Positions 48,351-57,421 of a DNA stretch of 64,000 nt are shown here, one piece after another. The stretch covers positions 1-64,000 of IMG/VR virus record IMGVR_UViG_3300047548_001509; one strand, written 5' to 3'. Every line of letters starts with the position of its first letter. The first letter of the stretch is position 1. The position numbers and the translations under genes are program-made. A model generated the notes under the pieces. The model did not search any database, was not told the origin of the DNA, and saw only the letters and a program-made list of their open reading frames with translations. Source of the stretch: a virus.

Positions 48351-49082
48351 ATGAGAATTTGCGTTTCTGGTCCCCAATGTACAGGTAAATCAACATTCAT
48401 TAAAGATTTCTTGAGTGAGTGGCCAAAGTATAAGACAACAAAAAAGACATATAGGGACATTATTACTGAGAATAATTTAACACATTCATCGGTAACAACA
48501 GAAGAAACACAACGAAAAATTCTCGATTGGATGGTCATCGAGGGGAGGAAGTACTCCCCTCGTGACAAAATTATCTTTGATCGTGGACCGCTTGACAATT
48601 TAGTTTATACAATGTGGGCAGCTGGCAATGGGTTGGTTTCTGAAGAATTCTTTAAAGAAACGACAAAGCGAGTAAAGAATGCGCTAAAATATGTAGATTT
48701 AATTATCATCATTCCTACAGACCCATCTATTAAGATGGAAGATGATAATCTAAGAGATACAAATATTCAATATCAAAAAGATATTAATGACATCTTTCTG
48801 TTTTTGCATGATCAATACAAAAACAACTTTGAATCAGATGTTTTCTTCCCATATAATGACTCCCCGGGGGTAATAACCATTAGTGGCACGAGAGAGCAAA
48901 GAATATCGTATCTTAAACAGAACTATTTTGATAGTAGTGGTGATATCTACGGTGATGAGCATTCTATTCTCAATCCAGATCATCTTGATATGATTGAAGA
49001 TTTGATTGAATATCAAGAAGGTAGTCTTAAAGCTGAAAAAGAGATCGAAGAAAAGATCAAAAAGCTGAAAAACGGACTTTAA
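48351..49082 (+). CDS. P-loop nucleotide kinase (AAA_28-like)
   Basis: SGPQCTGKST, FDRGPLD, DDNLRD. Confidence 0.8.
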   Translation: MRICVSGPQCTGKSTFIKDFLSEWPKYKTTKKTYRDIITENNLTHSSVTTEETQRKILDWMVIEGRKYSPRDKIIFDRGPLDNLVYTMWAAGNGLVSEEFFKETTKRVKNALKYVDLIIIIPTDPSIKMEDDNLRDTNIQYQKDINDIFLFLHDQYKNNFESDVFFPYNDSPGVITISGTREQRISYLKQNYFDSSGDIYGDEHSILNPDHLDMIEDLIEYQEGSLKAEKEIEEKIKKLKNGL

Positions 49083-49833
49083 ATCCACTGTCCCCAGTTC
49101 CAGGGCCTTGAGTTGATACACTCACATAATATGTATCATTTGGTGTTTGGTTCGTTGATAGCATAGGCATACTCACATCAAATCTACGGCTTTGTGAATA
49201 TGATATATTTGCTAATTGTATATCAACGTAATTAATTTCGATATTACGTGCAAATACAATATTCCAAACTCTCAAATACGGGCTTATACTTCCAACGATT
49301 GGTATGGTTGTGGAAAAACGTACGTGTTGATAATACTGTACGTTATATTTACCAAGGTCTGTAAAACTTGTAATATATGTAGGGGCACCGCCGCTACTCA
49401 TACCTACATACCCATAAGCTTTAATACCACCAGATTCAACCACAGCACTAATTGTTGTGACGTCTGTTTGGATCTGGGTAATTGTTTCATTTGTTGTTTC
49501 AACAGATGCTTCTAAGCTTGTTATACTTACAGTATTAGCATAAATCTGCGCTGAAAGTGCATTAAATGCAGTACCCCCAAGAGCGTCGACTGTAATTTGT
49601 AGGTCTGCTAGGTCTTCTTCAAGCTCAACAATAGCATTATCAAGAGCAAGATCATTAGCTGTTAAGACACTGTAAAAAGTGGTTTGGTATGTATCAATGA
49701 CGAGGTCGTCAAAGTCCATAATATTTGTTCCATCTTCTGTTTCGACAATGAGCAGATCACCACTTTCGATACCACCTATTTGTGGTAATTCTTTGATGTT
49801 TACAAATATATTCTCGTTACTGATCTTAGCCAT
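49057..49833 (-). CDS. Probable virion fibre/decoration protein
   Basis: TATAAATA at 49840..49847; IKELP..GDLLIV head-attachment-like start, coiled coil, beta-rich C-terminus. Confidence 0.6.
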   Translation of the reverse strand: MAKISNENIFVNIKELPQIGGIESGDLLIVETEDGTNIMDFDDLVIDTYQTTFYSVLTANDLALDNAIVELEEDLADLQITVDALGGTAFNALSAQIYANTVSITSLEASVETTNETITQIQTDVTTISAVVESGGIKAYGYVGMSSGGAPTYITSFTDLGKYNVQYYQHVRFSTTIPIVGSISPYLRVWNIVFARNIEINYVDIQLANISYSQSRRFDVSMPMLSTNQTPNDTYYVSVSTQGPGTGDSGFKVRFSAF

Positions 49834-49848
49834 TTATTTTATTTATAA

Positions 49849-50388
49849 CTAGGTCGTTAGTATAAGGTAGTTGATATTTTTGAAATGGTTTTCATAGAGA
49901 TATTTTAAACCATATTTTTGGAAAAATTTTTGTTGCTTCTTTTTATCACTTTTACACGATCTTAGCGTCCACCCTTTTGAAATAGCAGATGCAGATCCAC
50001 TGTTATATTCTTCGTAGAATTTCTTTGCACCTCCAGGAAATTCATAGATAATAATACCAATAGTGGTTATACATGTTTTGATAAATTCTTCCAAAAATAG
50101 TTTAATATCCGCAGCTGTATCAATAAAGATAGTATTTAATTTTGTAAAGGATAACCTATGTGAAGAATATATAAAGTATATTCTCTGAAAATTGTGTTGT
50201 ACGTGAATTTCACACAATCTTTTTATAAGATGGTGATATACAATCTTTTTACTATCCTTATGGTTTATCGATGTCGATAACAGTCCATATTGTATGATAT
50301 CTTTCTGAATGTCTAATGCAATCTCATTTATCGAATCAATGAGATCTGTAAATGAGAGATTTTCAATGGGTATGTAATAGGGATTCAT
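49849..50388 (-). CDS. Hypothetical protein
   Basis: 179-aa coupled ORF. Confidence 0.6.
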   Translation of the reverse strand: MNPYYIPIENLSFTDLIDSINEIALDIQKDIIQYGLLSTSINHKDSKKIVYHHLIKRLCEIHVQHNFQRIYFIYSSHRLSFTKLNTIFIDTAADIKLFLEEFIKTCITTIGIIIYEFPGGAKKFYEEYNSGSASAISKGWTLRSCKSDKKKQQKFFQKYGLKYLYENHFKNINYLILTT

Positions 50389-50814
50389 TTAGAATTTTAC
50401 TTTACCGAGACGGCAATTTATAATCCCATTGTAGTATTCTTCCTTTAGAAGTACATCTTCAATTATTTGAAGTTTAATTTCTTCATAAGCTAGATGTGAC
50501 TTACTGTTACAAAATTTAAGTATATCAAAGGAAAAATTTTCTTTTCCTAACTTCTTAATGTCACTATTGAGTTCATTTGATGAACCAGTATATGTTTTCC
50601 AGTCTGTTTCCTTTTCTACCCGTCTGGATTTTTTCTTTCCCTTTAGGGGTTTAAGCTTACGCATAGTAAGCATTTGCTTTTTTCCAATATACTTTCGATT
50701 TGTAACGTTATTTGTTATTTGGTATATAAAACCAAAAGCGTGTTCCACAAAATCAGTCTTCAGATTCCAATGGCCCAGGTTTTTGAGACTTTGATTTTCG
50801 TTTTTTTCTTCCAC
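50389..50814 (-). CDS. GIY-YIG endonuclease
   Basis: FGFIYQITN..KYIGKK..WKTYTGS..E..YYN. Confidence 0.85.
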   Translation of the reverse strand: MEEKNENQSLKNLGHWNLKTDFVEHAFGFIYQITNNVTNRKYIGKKQMLTMRKLKPLKGKKKSRRVEKETDWKTYTGSSNELNSDIKKLGKENFSFDILKFCNSKSHLAYEEIKLQIIEDVLLKEEYYNGIINCRLGKVKF

Positions 50815-51010
50815 GCTTAGTATTTAATCCTGGTCTGCGTTGTATTCCAGACCCTTTTGGTGTGCGTGTATCACCAGGGGCGTATGAATCTGTAGAGTAT
50901 ATTGAATGAGGTGGTTCAAATCCTGGTGAATAATCTCCGAAAACACCCCCATCACCGGATATCATTTCTTCTTTAATAAATTTGTTATAAAACTCTTGAA
51001 ATCTATCCAT
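50753..51010 (-). CDS. Small late protein with capsid-targeting-like N-terminus
   Basis: MDRFQEFYNKFIKEE; basic tail; TAAATA upstream. Confidence 0.55.
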   Translation of the reverse strand: MDRFQEFYNKFIKEEMISGDGGVFGDYSPGFEPPHSIYSTDSYAPGDTRTPKGSGIQRRPGLNTKRGRKKRKSKSQKPGPLESED

Positions 51011-51034
51011 GTAGCTATATAGTATTTAGGTCAG

Positions 51035-51430
51035 ATGGAACTACTCAAGCAATATATTGAAGAACTTAATAGAGATCTTATAATTAACGACCTCAATGTA
51101 AAAGAGGTACAAATGAGATTACCAGCACGTAAGCATTTTTGGATAGGTCGATCTATTAATGCAAAAATTGAATTAGCAAAGCTGGAGAAAAAAGAAAAGC
51201 AAATGAGAGAAGAAATATTTGCAAGAATTTCGGCAACTTCTCCAATTGCAATGTCACATAGTCAGGTAAATATTGCTGTCAATAATACTGCTGAAATGTC
51301 AAGGATTATGGAGCAAATTAAGGAGTATAAGTATATTGTTGAGTATCTTGAAAAAATTGAGAAAGTTTTTTCTCAGATGACATTTGATATTGGTAACATT
51401 ATTAAAATTATACAACTTGAGCAAAACTGA
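51035..51430 (+). CDS. uvsY: Recombination mediator
   Basis: Size, helical pattern, C-terminal FDIGNII, position before uvsW. Confidence 0.75.
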   Translation: MELLKQYIEELNRDLIINDLNVKEVQMRLPARKHFWIGRSINAKIELAKLEKKEKQMREEIFARISATSPIAMSHSQVNIAVNNTAEMSRIMEQIKEYKYIVEYLEKIEKVFSQMTFDIGNIIKIIQLEQN

Positions 51431-52854
51431 TGGTCACAGTTGATTATAATTCTAAAACCCGGATGGGTAGACTTATATGTGATAGTGTAATTATAGAAAC
51501 TGTCCGTAATAACTTTTCTCAAGAACGCAAGGGTATATTTTACATAAAGAAAGTGAACAAGCATGTCTCACAGAGAGAATATGTGTTAACACCGGGTGGT
51601 CAATTTAAGATAGGTTTATATAAGTTGATTATATCATACATAAGACATGAACTGGATCTAACCGTATCATTAACAGATAATTTTAAGAGCTATATATCAA
51701 AAAAGTATGGTCATGATATAATTGAGTATGAAAAATACCCGCTAAGATATTATCAAAAAGATATAGTAAATAATTGTCTCAACACCATTAATGGTGTTGT
51801 TGTATTAGGCACAGGTGGCGGCAAAACACTAACAATGTGTACTTTGTTAGAGACAATTTATAAAAACTCTAAAGATCCAAATCTCTTTAAATGTTTGATT
51901 ATAGTTCCAGATCTAGGTCTTGTAACACAAACATATAATGATTTTAAAGAATATGGATGTACATTTTCGCTTCAAAAATGGACAGGAAGTAATGATCTTA
52001 CTATGGATTACAATGTGGTAATTTGTAATATGCAGATACTGCTTCGTCGATTTAAAAATGAAGAATGGCTAAAATATGTCGATCTATTAATGGTAGATGA
52101 AGTACATAGAATCACTGCAACAGAACTACAGTCTGTTGCCATTAAAATTAAAACAGAGAATCGATTTGGGTTTACTGGTACATTACCAATAGATAAGATT
52201 AATTATTGGAATGTATTGGGTATCATTGGCCCGCTTATATATGAAAAAAGATCAAAAGAGTTAAGAGATGACAAATATCTTGCAAATGTAGAATGTAAGA
52301 TATTAAACATTGAGTACAACGATGTTACTGATCTTATCTATAATAGTTCATTTGAAAATGAAACTAATTTTATTATCAACAATGAGTTTAGAAACAATGT
52401 TATATTAAAATTATGTACCAATGTAAAAAATAACATATTGGTAATGGTTAATAGGATTGAACATGGTGAGATATTAGAGAACATACTGAAGCGTTCTGGT
52501 AAGCGAGTTTATTTTATTCGGGGCTCTGTTGATGTTGAAACAAGAGAAAAAATAAAGAGTATTATTGAAAATGAAAATAATGTAGTATGTGTTGCAATAA
52601 GTAAAATATTTTCAACAGGTATTAATATTAAGAATATACATTATATTATGTTTTGTGCCGGTGGAAAAGCATTTATACAAATAGTTCAATCAATTGGGCG
52701 GGGATTAAGATTACACCCCAATAAATCTAAACTAACTATTTTTGATGTTGCAGATAACCTTAAACATGGTACAAATCATTCGGTAGAGAGAAAGAAAATA
52801 TATGAATTGGAACAAATAAAATTTACTGAAACAAATATCATTGAAAAATCATAG
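51430..52854 (+). CDS. uvsW: SF2 DNA helicase
   Basis: RYYQ, GTGGGKT, DEVH, GFTGT, FSTGINI, QSIGRGLR. Confidence 0.93.
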   Translation: MVTVDYNSKTRMGRLICDSVIIETVRNNFSQERKGIFYIKKVNKHVSQREYVLTPGGQFKIGLYKLIISYIRHELDLTVSLTDNFKSYISKKYGHDIIEYEKYPLRYYQKDIVNNCLNTINGVVVLGTGGGKTLTMCTLLETIYKNSKDPNLFKCLIIVPDLGLVTQTYNDFKEYGCTFSLQKWTGSNDLTMDYNVVICNMQILLRRFKNEEWLKYVDLLMVDEVHRITATELQSVAIKIKTENRFGFTGTLPIDKINYWNVLGIIGPLIYEKRSKELRDDKYLANVECKILNIEYNDVTDLIYNSSFENETNFIINNEFRNNVILKLCTNVKNNILVMVNRIEHGEILENILKRSGKRVYFIRGSVDVETREKIKSIIENENNVVCVAISKIFSTGINIKNIHYIMFCAGGKAFIQIVQSIGRGLRLHPNKSKLTIFDVADNLKHGTNHSVERKKIYELEQIKFTETNIIEKS

Positions 52855-52866
52855 AAATAACATAAA

Positions 52867-53340
52867 ATGAAATCAAAGCCAAGAAAACAAAGGTCAAAAG
52901 AAGAAGAAAAATTTTATATTTCACCTGCTGAATTCAGAGATGAATTACGAAAATTTTACGAATCAGGTAGTGAAATAGTTCCAGATATTTTAGCGGAAAA
53001 CATTAAAAAGATAGCGTATGGTTTAAGTTATACACATCAATTTAAAGGTTATACATATATTGAGGATATGGTTGGTGATGCAATTCTTAAAATGTATGCA
53101 GCTTTAAAATACAAGAAGTATTCATTTAACACTGTTACAAATCCCTTTTCATATTTTACTACTATTGCATGGCATGCTTTTATTAACAGAATTAAGAAAG
53201 AGAAAAAATGTCAAGAGACGCATGAAGCATATAGAGAAAAAATGTATAGTGAACTTCTTATTGATGACCCTGATGGTGTTGGGTGTATATACGTAAGACC
53301 AACACATTGTGATGATGATTTTATAGATGATGGAGATTAA
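52867..53340 (+). CDS. gp55: Late transcription sigma factor
   Basis: FKGYTYIEDMVGDA..NPFSYFTTIAWHAFINRIKKEK. Confidence 0.93.
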   Translation: MKSKPRKQRSKEEEKFYISPAEFRDELRKFYESGSEIVPDILAENIKKIAYGLSYTHQFKGYTYIEDMVGDAILKMYAALKYKKYSFNTVTNPFSYFTTIAWHAFINRIKKEKKCQETHEAYREKMYSELLIDDPDGVGCIYVRPTHCDDDFIDDGD

Positions 53341-54376
53341 TGAAAAAGAAATAGCAATATTTTCTGACCTTCACTTAGGGGTCCATGGAAACTCAACAAA
53401 GTGGCACGATATAACACTTGAGTGGGTTACATGGATAAAGGATGAACTAAACGACAAAAAAATCAAAACCATTTTCTTTTTAGGGGATTGGTTTGATAAT
53501 AGGAGTGAAATTGCAGTTAATACTTTAGATGTATCAAGCAAGGTATTAGACATTCTAAAAGATTTTAAACTGATCATGATAACTGGTAACCATGATCAGT
53601 TTTTTAAATATAGAACCGACGTACATTCTCTTTCAATCTTAAAAGGTAGAGAAAATGTTACTATATTAGACAAACCTTCTTATATTACGGTTAATGGGAA
53701 GAAGTGCGTTTTCATTCCGTGGGGTTATAATTTAAGCGATATTGAACCAGGAGATTGCTGCTTTGGTCATCTTGAGGTTGAGTTGTTTAATATGAACAAC
53801 TCTGTTATATGTGAGCATGGAATTAAAATCCCAGAGCTATTAAGCAAGTATAAATTATCCTTTTCTGGACACTTTCATACCAGATCAGAAAAAGCCTTTA
53901 AAGAAGGTAAAATTGTTTACGTTGGTAACCCATTTGCAACGACATTTAATGACACTGATAATCAAAAAGGTTATTATATTCTTAATACAGATACACTTAA
54001 TTATTCGTTTTTCGGTAATAGTGTATCACCAAAATATTATAAGCTTCTTTTATCAAATATTATAAAGGAAGAAGGGATAACAACAAACTTAAAGAACATA
54101 TTTTGTAATAATTTCATAACCATCAAGATTGACAAAAATGTATCATCTGATGACATGCACACACTTCAAACTGTGTTCTCCCAATTAAAGGCAGAACAAA
54201 TAGTGTATGATTATGACACATCTTATAATAAGATACAAAATGATACAGCAGATCAAGATTTTAGTGGAGTTGACATCCCACTAGCATTTGAGCAATTTAT
54301 TCAAATGCTAGATATAGATGATAAAAAGATGATGGTAGAGTTCATGGTTGATTTATACAAAAAGCACAAAAAATGA
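53327..54376 (+). CDS. gp47: Recombination endonuclease subunit (Mre11-like)
   Basis: SDLHLG, LGDWFD, GNHD, GHLE, SGHFH. Confidence 0.93.
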   Translation: MMEINEKEIAIFSDLHLGVHGNSTKWHDITLEWVTWIKDELNDKKIKTIFFLGDWFDNRSEIAVNTLDVSSKVLDILKDFKLIMITGNHDQFFKYRTDVHSLSILKGRENVTILDKPSYITVNGKKCVFIPWGYNLSDIEPGDCCFGHLEVELFNMNNSVICEHGIKIPELLSKYKLSFSGHFHTRSEKAFKEGKIVYVGNPFATTFNDTDNQKGYYILNTDTLNYSFFGNSVSPKYYKLLLSNIIKEEGITTNLKNIFCNNFITIKIDKNVSSDDMHTLQTVFSQLKAEQIVYDYDTSYNKIQNDTADQDFSGVDIPLAFEQFIQMLDIDDKKMMVEFMVDLYKKHKK

Positions 54377-56187
54377 AGCAGGTTATTTTTAAGAAGCTAA
54401 CTATTAGAAATTTTTTATCAATTGGGGACGAACCGGTTTCTATTGATTTTGGTCCGGGGCTACATGTTATAACAGGCTCTAATATTGATAAGCCAGAAAG
54501 AAAAAATGCTGTTGGGAAGACTACTATTCTCAATGGTTTTTACTGGAGTATATTTGGTAATACAATTGATGGTCTCAAGAAGGATCTTATCATAAACAAT
54601 GTAGTTGGTGGTACGGCAGAATGCAAATTAACATTTGATGTAATAACATCGACATCTAATAATTCTTATGAAATTATAAGAAGGTTAAATCCATCTAACT
54701 TAACATTTACATGTAATGGTGTTGATAAAACAAGAGATTCTATTGCAAATACAAATGATTATATTTGTGAAGTATTATCAGCTTCCCCTCAATTGTTTCA
54801 GAATTGTGTTGTTATGACTATCAATAATACAATTCCGTTCATGGCAAAGAGTAAGACGGATAAAAGAAAGTTTATTGAAGATATTTTTAGCTTAGAAATA
54901 TTTTCACAAATGGTACAGACCGTTCGTGGTCAATATAATGAAATTACGAAAAAACATGAGATTGAACGGTCAAAATATACAGAGCTATGTCTATCACTAA
55001 ATAATTTAAATGAGCAAAAACAATCACTGATTGAACAGAAGAAACAAAAAGTGGAGTTATACAAAAAGAGGCAGAAAGATAATGAAGCTCAGCTAAAACT
55101 ATACAATAAAGAGATCAATAGTATTGAGGTGGTAGAGATATCTGTTCTTGAAGAGAAAAAAGCTGCACTAGAAGCCGGGGAGAAAAATTTAGAATCGCAG
55201 ATAAGCGATATGACTAGTAAAATTACTGCAAGTAAATTGAGTAGAGCTCACGAACAAACCGTGTTACAAAATATTGGTACAGATAAAGATCTTTGCCCGA
55301 CATGTTTAAAACCAATAACAAGTGATGATATTGACCACATTAAAGAAGAAAAGGTTAAGATATCCAAGAAAATAGATGATATAACTAATGCGCTGGAAAA
55401 GTTAGAGATAAAAAAGAAACACCTTACAGATAAAAAAAGTAAGATACAAGCAGCATTACAGCAAGTAAACAAAAAAATAACGCAAAATTTTGTAAATTCT
55501 ATGAAGATACAAAATTTGACTGAAAAGATTGAACAGATTAAAGAGTGGCAGAAAACTCTTGTTGATGATATTGCAGAATGTATTAGTGATAGTACTGAGT
55601 TTGATAGTGCTCTTGCAGATGTTGAATCTCGTATAAAGGTTATTGAAGGTGCTTGTGTTGAGTTAAAGAAAGAAATATCAAAACTTGATGTTGCTAAATT
55701 TATTCTTAGCGATGAAGGAGTGAAGTCCTATATTGTGAAGATACTTTTAGATCAACTTAATTCTAGACTTTTATATTATCTTAATAAATTGGATTCAAAT
55801 TGTATTTGCTACTTTGACGAGTTTTTTGAAGAAGAAATTCTCAATGAGCGTAAGAGAGCATGTTCATACTTCAATTTCTCTGGTGCTGAGAAGAAGTCGA
55901 TTGATATTGCATGTATGTTTGCATTCTCAGATATCAAAAGAATGCAAGGCGGTGTAAAATATAATGTAACATTTTACGATGAATTATTTGATACATCTTT
56001 TGATGAAAAGGGTATTGAATTGGTTGTTGGTGTATTAAAAGAAAGAGTTGAGAAATATAATGAAGGATGTTATATTATTTCACACCAGAAGGGATCTGTT
56101 AAGAATGTAACCGGGCAGGTTATATATCTTGAAAAGATGAATGATATAACTCGTCGAGTTGAAATTCCTGAAGGTATGTTTAATTAG
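54373..56187 (+). CDS. gp46: Recombination ATPase subunit (Rad50-like)
   Basis: RNFLSIG, NAVGKTT, CPTC hook, FSGAEK, YDE, ISH. Confidence 0.95.
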   Translation: MKQVIFKKLTIRNFLSIGDEPVSIDFGPGLHVITGSNIDKPERKNAVGKTTILNGFYWSIFGNTIDGLKKDLIINNVVGGTAECKLTFDVITSTSNNSYEIIRRLNPSNLTFTCNGVDKTRDSIANTNDYICEVLSASPQLFQNCVVMTINNTIPFMAKSKTDKRKFIEDIFSLEIFSQMVQTVRGQYNEITKKHEIERSKYTELCLSLNNLNEQKQSLIEQKKQKVELYKKRQKDNEAQLKLYNKEINSIEVVEISVLEEKKAALEAGEKNLESQISDMTSKITASKLSRAHEQTVLQNIGTDKDLCPTCLKPITSDDIDHIKEEKVKISKKIDDITNALEKLEIKKKHLTDKKSKIQAALQQVNKKITQNFVNSMKIQNLTEKIEQIKEWQKTLVDDIAECISDSTEFDSALADVESRIKVIEGACVELKKEISKLDVAKFILSDEGVKSYIVKILLDQLNSRLLYYLNKLDSNCICYFDEFFEEEILNERKRACSYFNFSGAEKKSIDIACMFAFSDIKRMQGGVKYNVTFYDELFDTSFDEKGIELVVGVLKERVEKYNEGCYIISHQKGSVKNVTGQVIYLEKMNDITRRVEIPEGMFN

Positions 56188-56190
56188 AAT

Positions 56191-57399
56191 ATGTTCAACA
56201 ATTTGTACCAATCAAACCTATTTGCTCCTAAAAAAAATTTACAGGGTGTTTTTAATCCTCAGATACAAAAACAGCAAATTGAAGAACCAAGAGAGTTAAG
56301 CTACCCTAGAGTCGTTCAATATATTGCAGATCAATCAGGATGTGCACATTATAGAATGATTTGGCCGGAGCAGTTCTTGAATGCTGAGAATAAAACAATG
56401 TCTTCATCTCTTACTTGTATGGTGTTACAACCGCAGTGGTATAAAGGTGTTAAAGTTGTAAAGGTACAAAGACAAGCTACAGGGATTCAAAAACAGTTCA
56501 TGCAGTTTCTTAAGAGTGTTCAAAACGAACATGGTTTTCGACTTATATATGAAGTAGACGATGTTGTATTCTCTGAAGATATTCCTAATTACAATAAGTT
56601 TAAGTTTGCGTTTGATTCAGAAGAGATAAGAAATAATTGTATTGACATGATTAACATGTGCGATGAAGTCACCGTCACGTGTCAGTTCATGAAGGACTTA
56701 TATCAGGAAAAAACAGGTAAAAAAGAAATAAGTGTTATACCAAACTTCCCGCCAAATTGGTGGATGGGTTATCTTTATAATAAAGATAAAGTGTTGAGAG
56801 ACTATTCACAAAATTATAACAAGCCTAGAATTTTATATACAGGATCTGGAGCTCATTTTGATGTTGAAAATAAAAATGGTGGTGTTGATGATTTTTCCCA
56901 TGTTGTTGATGCAGTGAGAAAAACTGTTGATAAGTTTCAATGGGTCTTTATTGGTTGCTTTCCACCAAGCCTTATTGACTTAGTTAAAGCAAAAAAGATT
57001 GAATTTCACCCCTGGCAGACACTTTACAAATATCCTCAATTGGTATATAGACTAAATCCTACAGCCACAATAGCACCTCTTCACGATAATAATTTCAATA
57101 GAGCTAAATCAGATATTAAATTTATTGAATCATCTATTATGGGCATACCAAGTTTCTGTCAAGATATGTGTACCTATGAGAATGCAATGTTTAAATTTAA
57201 GACAGGGGATGAGTTAGTAGATTCAATTAACTGTTTGGTCCGCAATAAAGAAAGATATAAAAAAGTTGTACCACAACTAAGGGAGGTTGGAGCAAAGCGA
57301 ATTCTCGAGCAAGATGAAAATATTTCATGTTATGAGGAGCTTGTGTTACACCCGTATGGATCTCCGGAGAGAAAAAATATATTAAAGTGGAATGCTTGA
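56191..57399 (+). CDS. GT-B glycosyltransferase (GT4-like)
   Basis: GCAHYRM..YEVDD..IPN..APLHDNNFNRAKSDIKFIE. Confidence 0.75.
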   Translation: MFNNLYQSNLFAPKKNLQGVFNPQIQKQQIEEPRELSYPRVVQYIADQSGCAHYRMIWPEQFLNAENKTMSSSLTCMVLQPQWYKGVKVVKVQRQATGIQKQFMQFLKSVQNEHGFRLIYEVDDVVFSEDIPNYNKFKFAFDSEEIRNNCIDMINMCDEVTVTCQFMKDLYQEKTGKKEISVIPNFPPNWWMGYLYNKDKVLRDYSQNYNKPRILYTGSGAHFDVENKNGGVDDFSHVVDAVRKTVDKFQWVFIGCFPPSLIDLVKAKKIEFHPWQTLYKYPQLVYRLNPTATIAPLHDNNFNRAKSDIKFIESSIMGIPSFCQDMCTYENAMFKFKTGDELVDSINCLVRNKERYKKVVPQLREVGAKRILEQDENISCYEELVLHPYGSPERKNILKWNA

Positions 57400-57421
57400 G
57401 GAAATATTCTAAACTTTAGTT

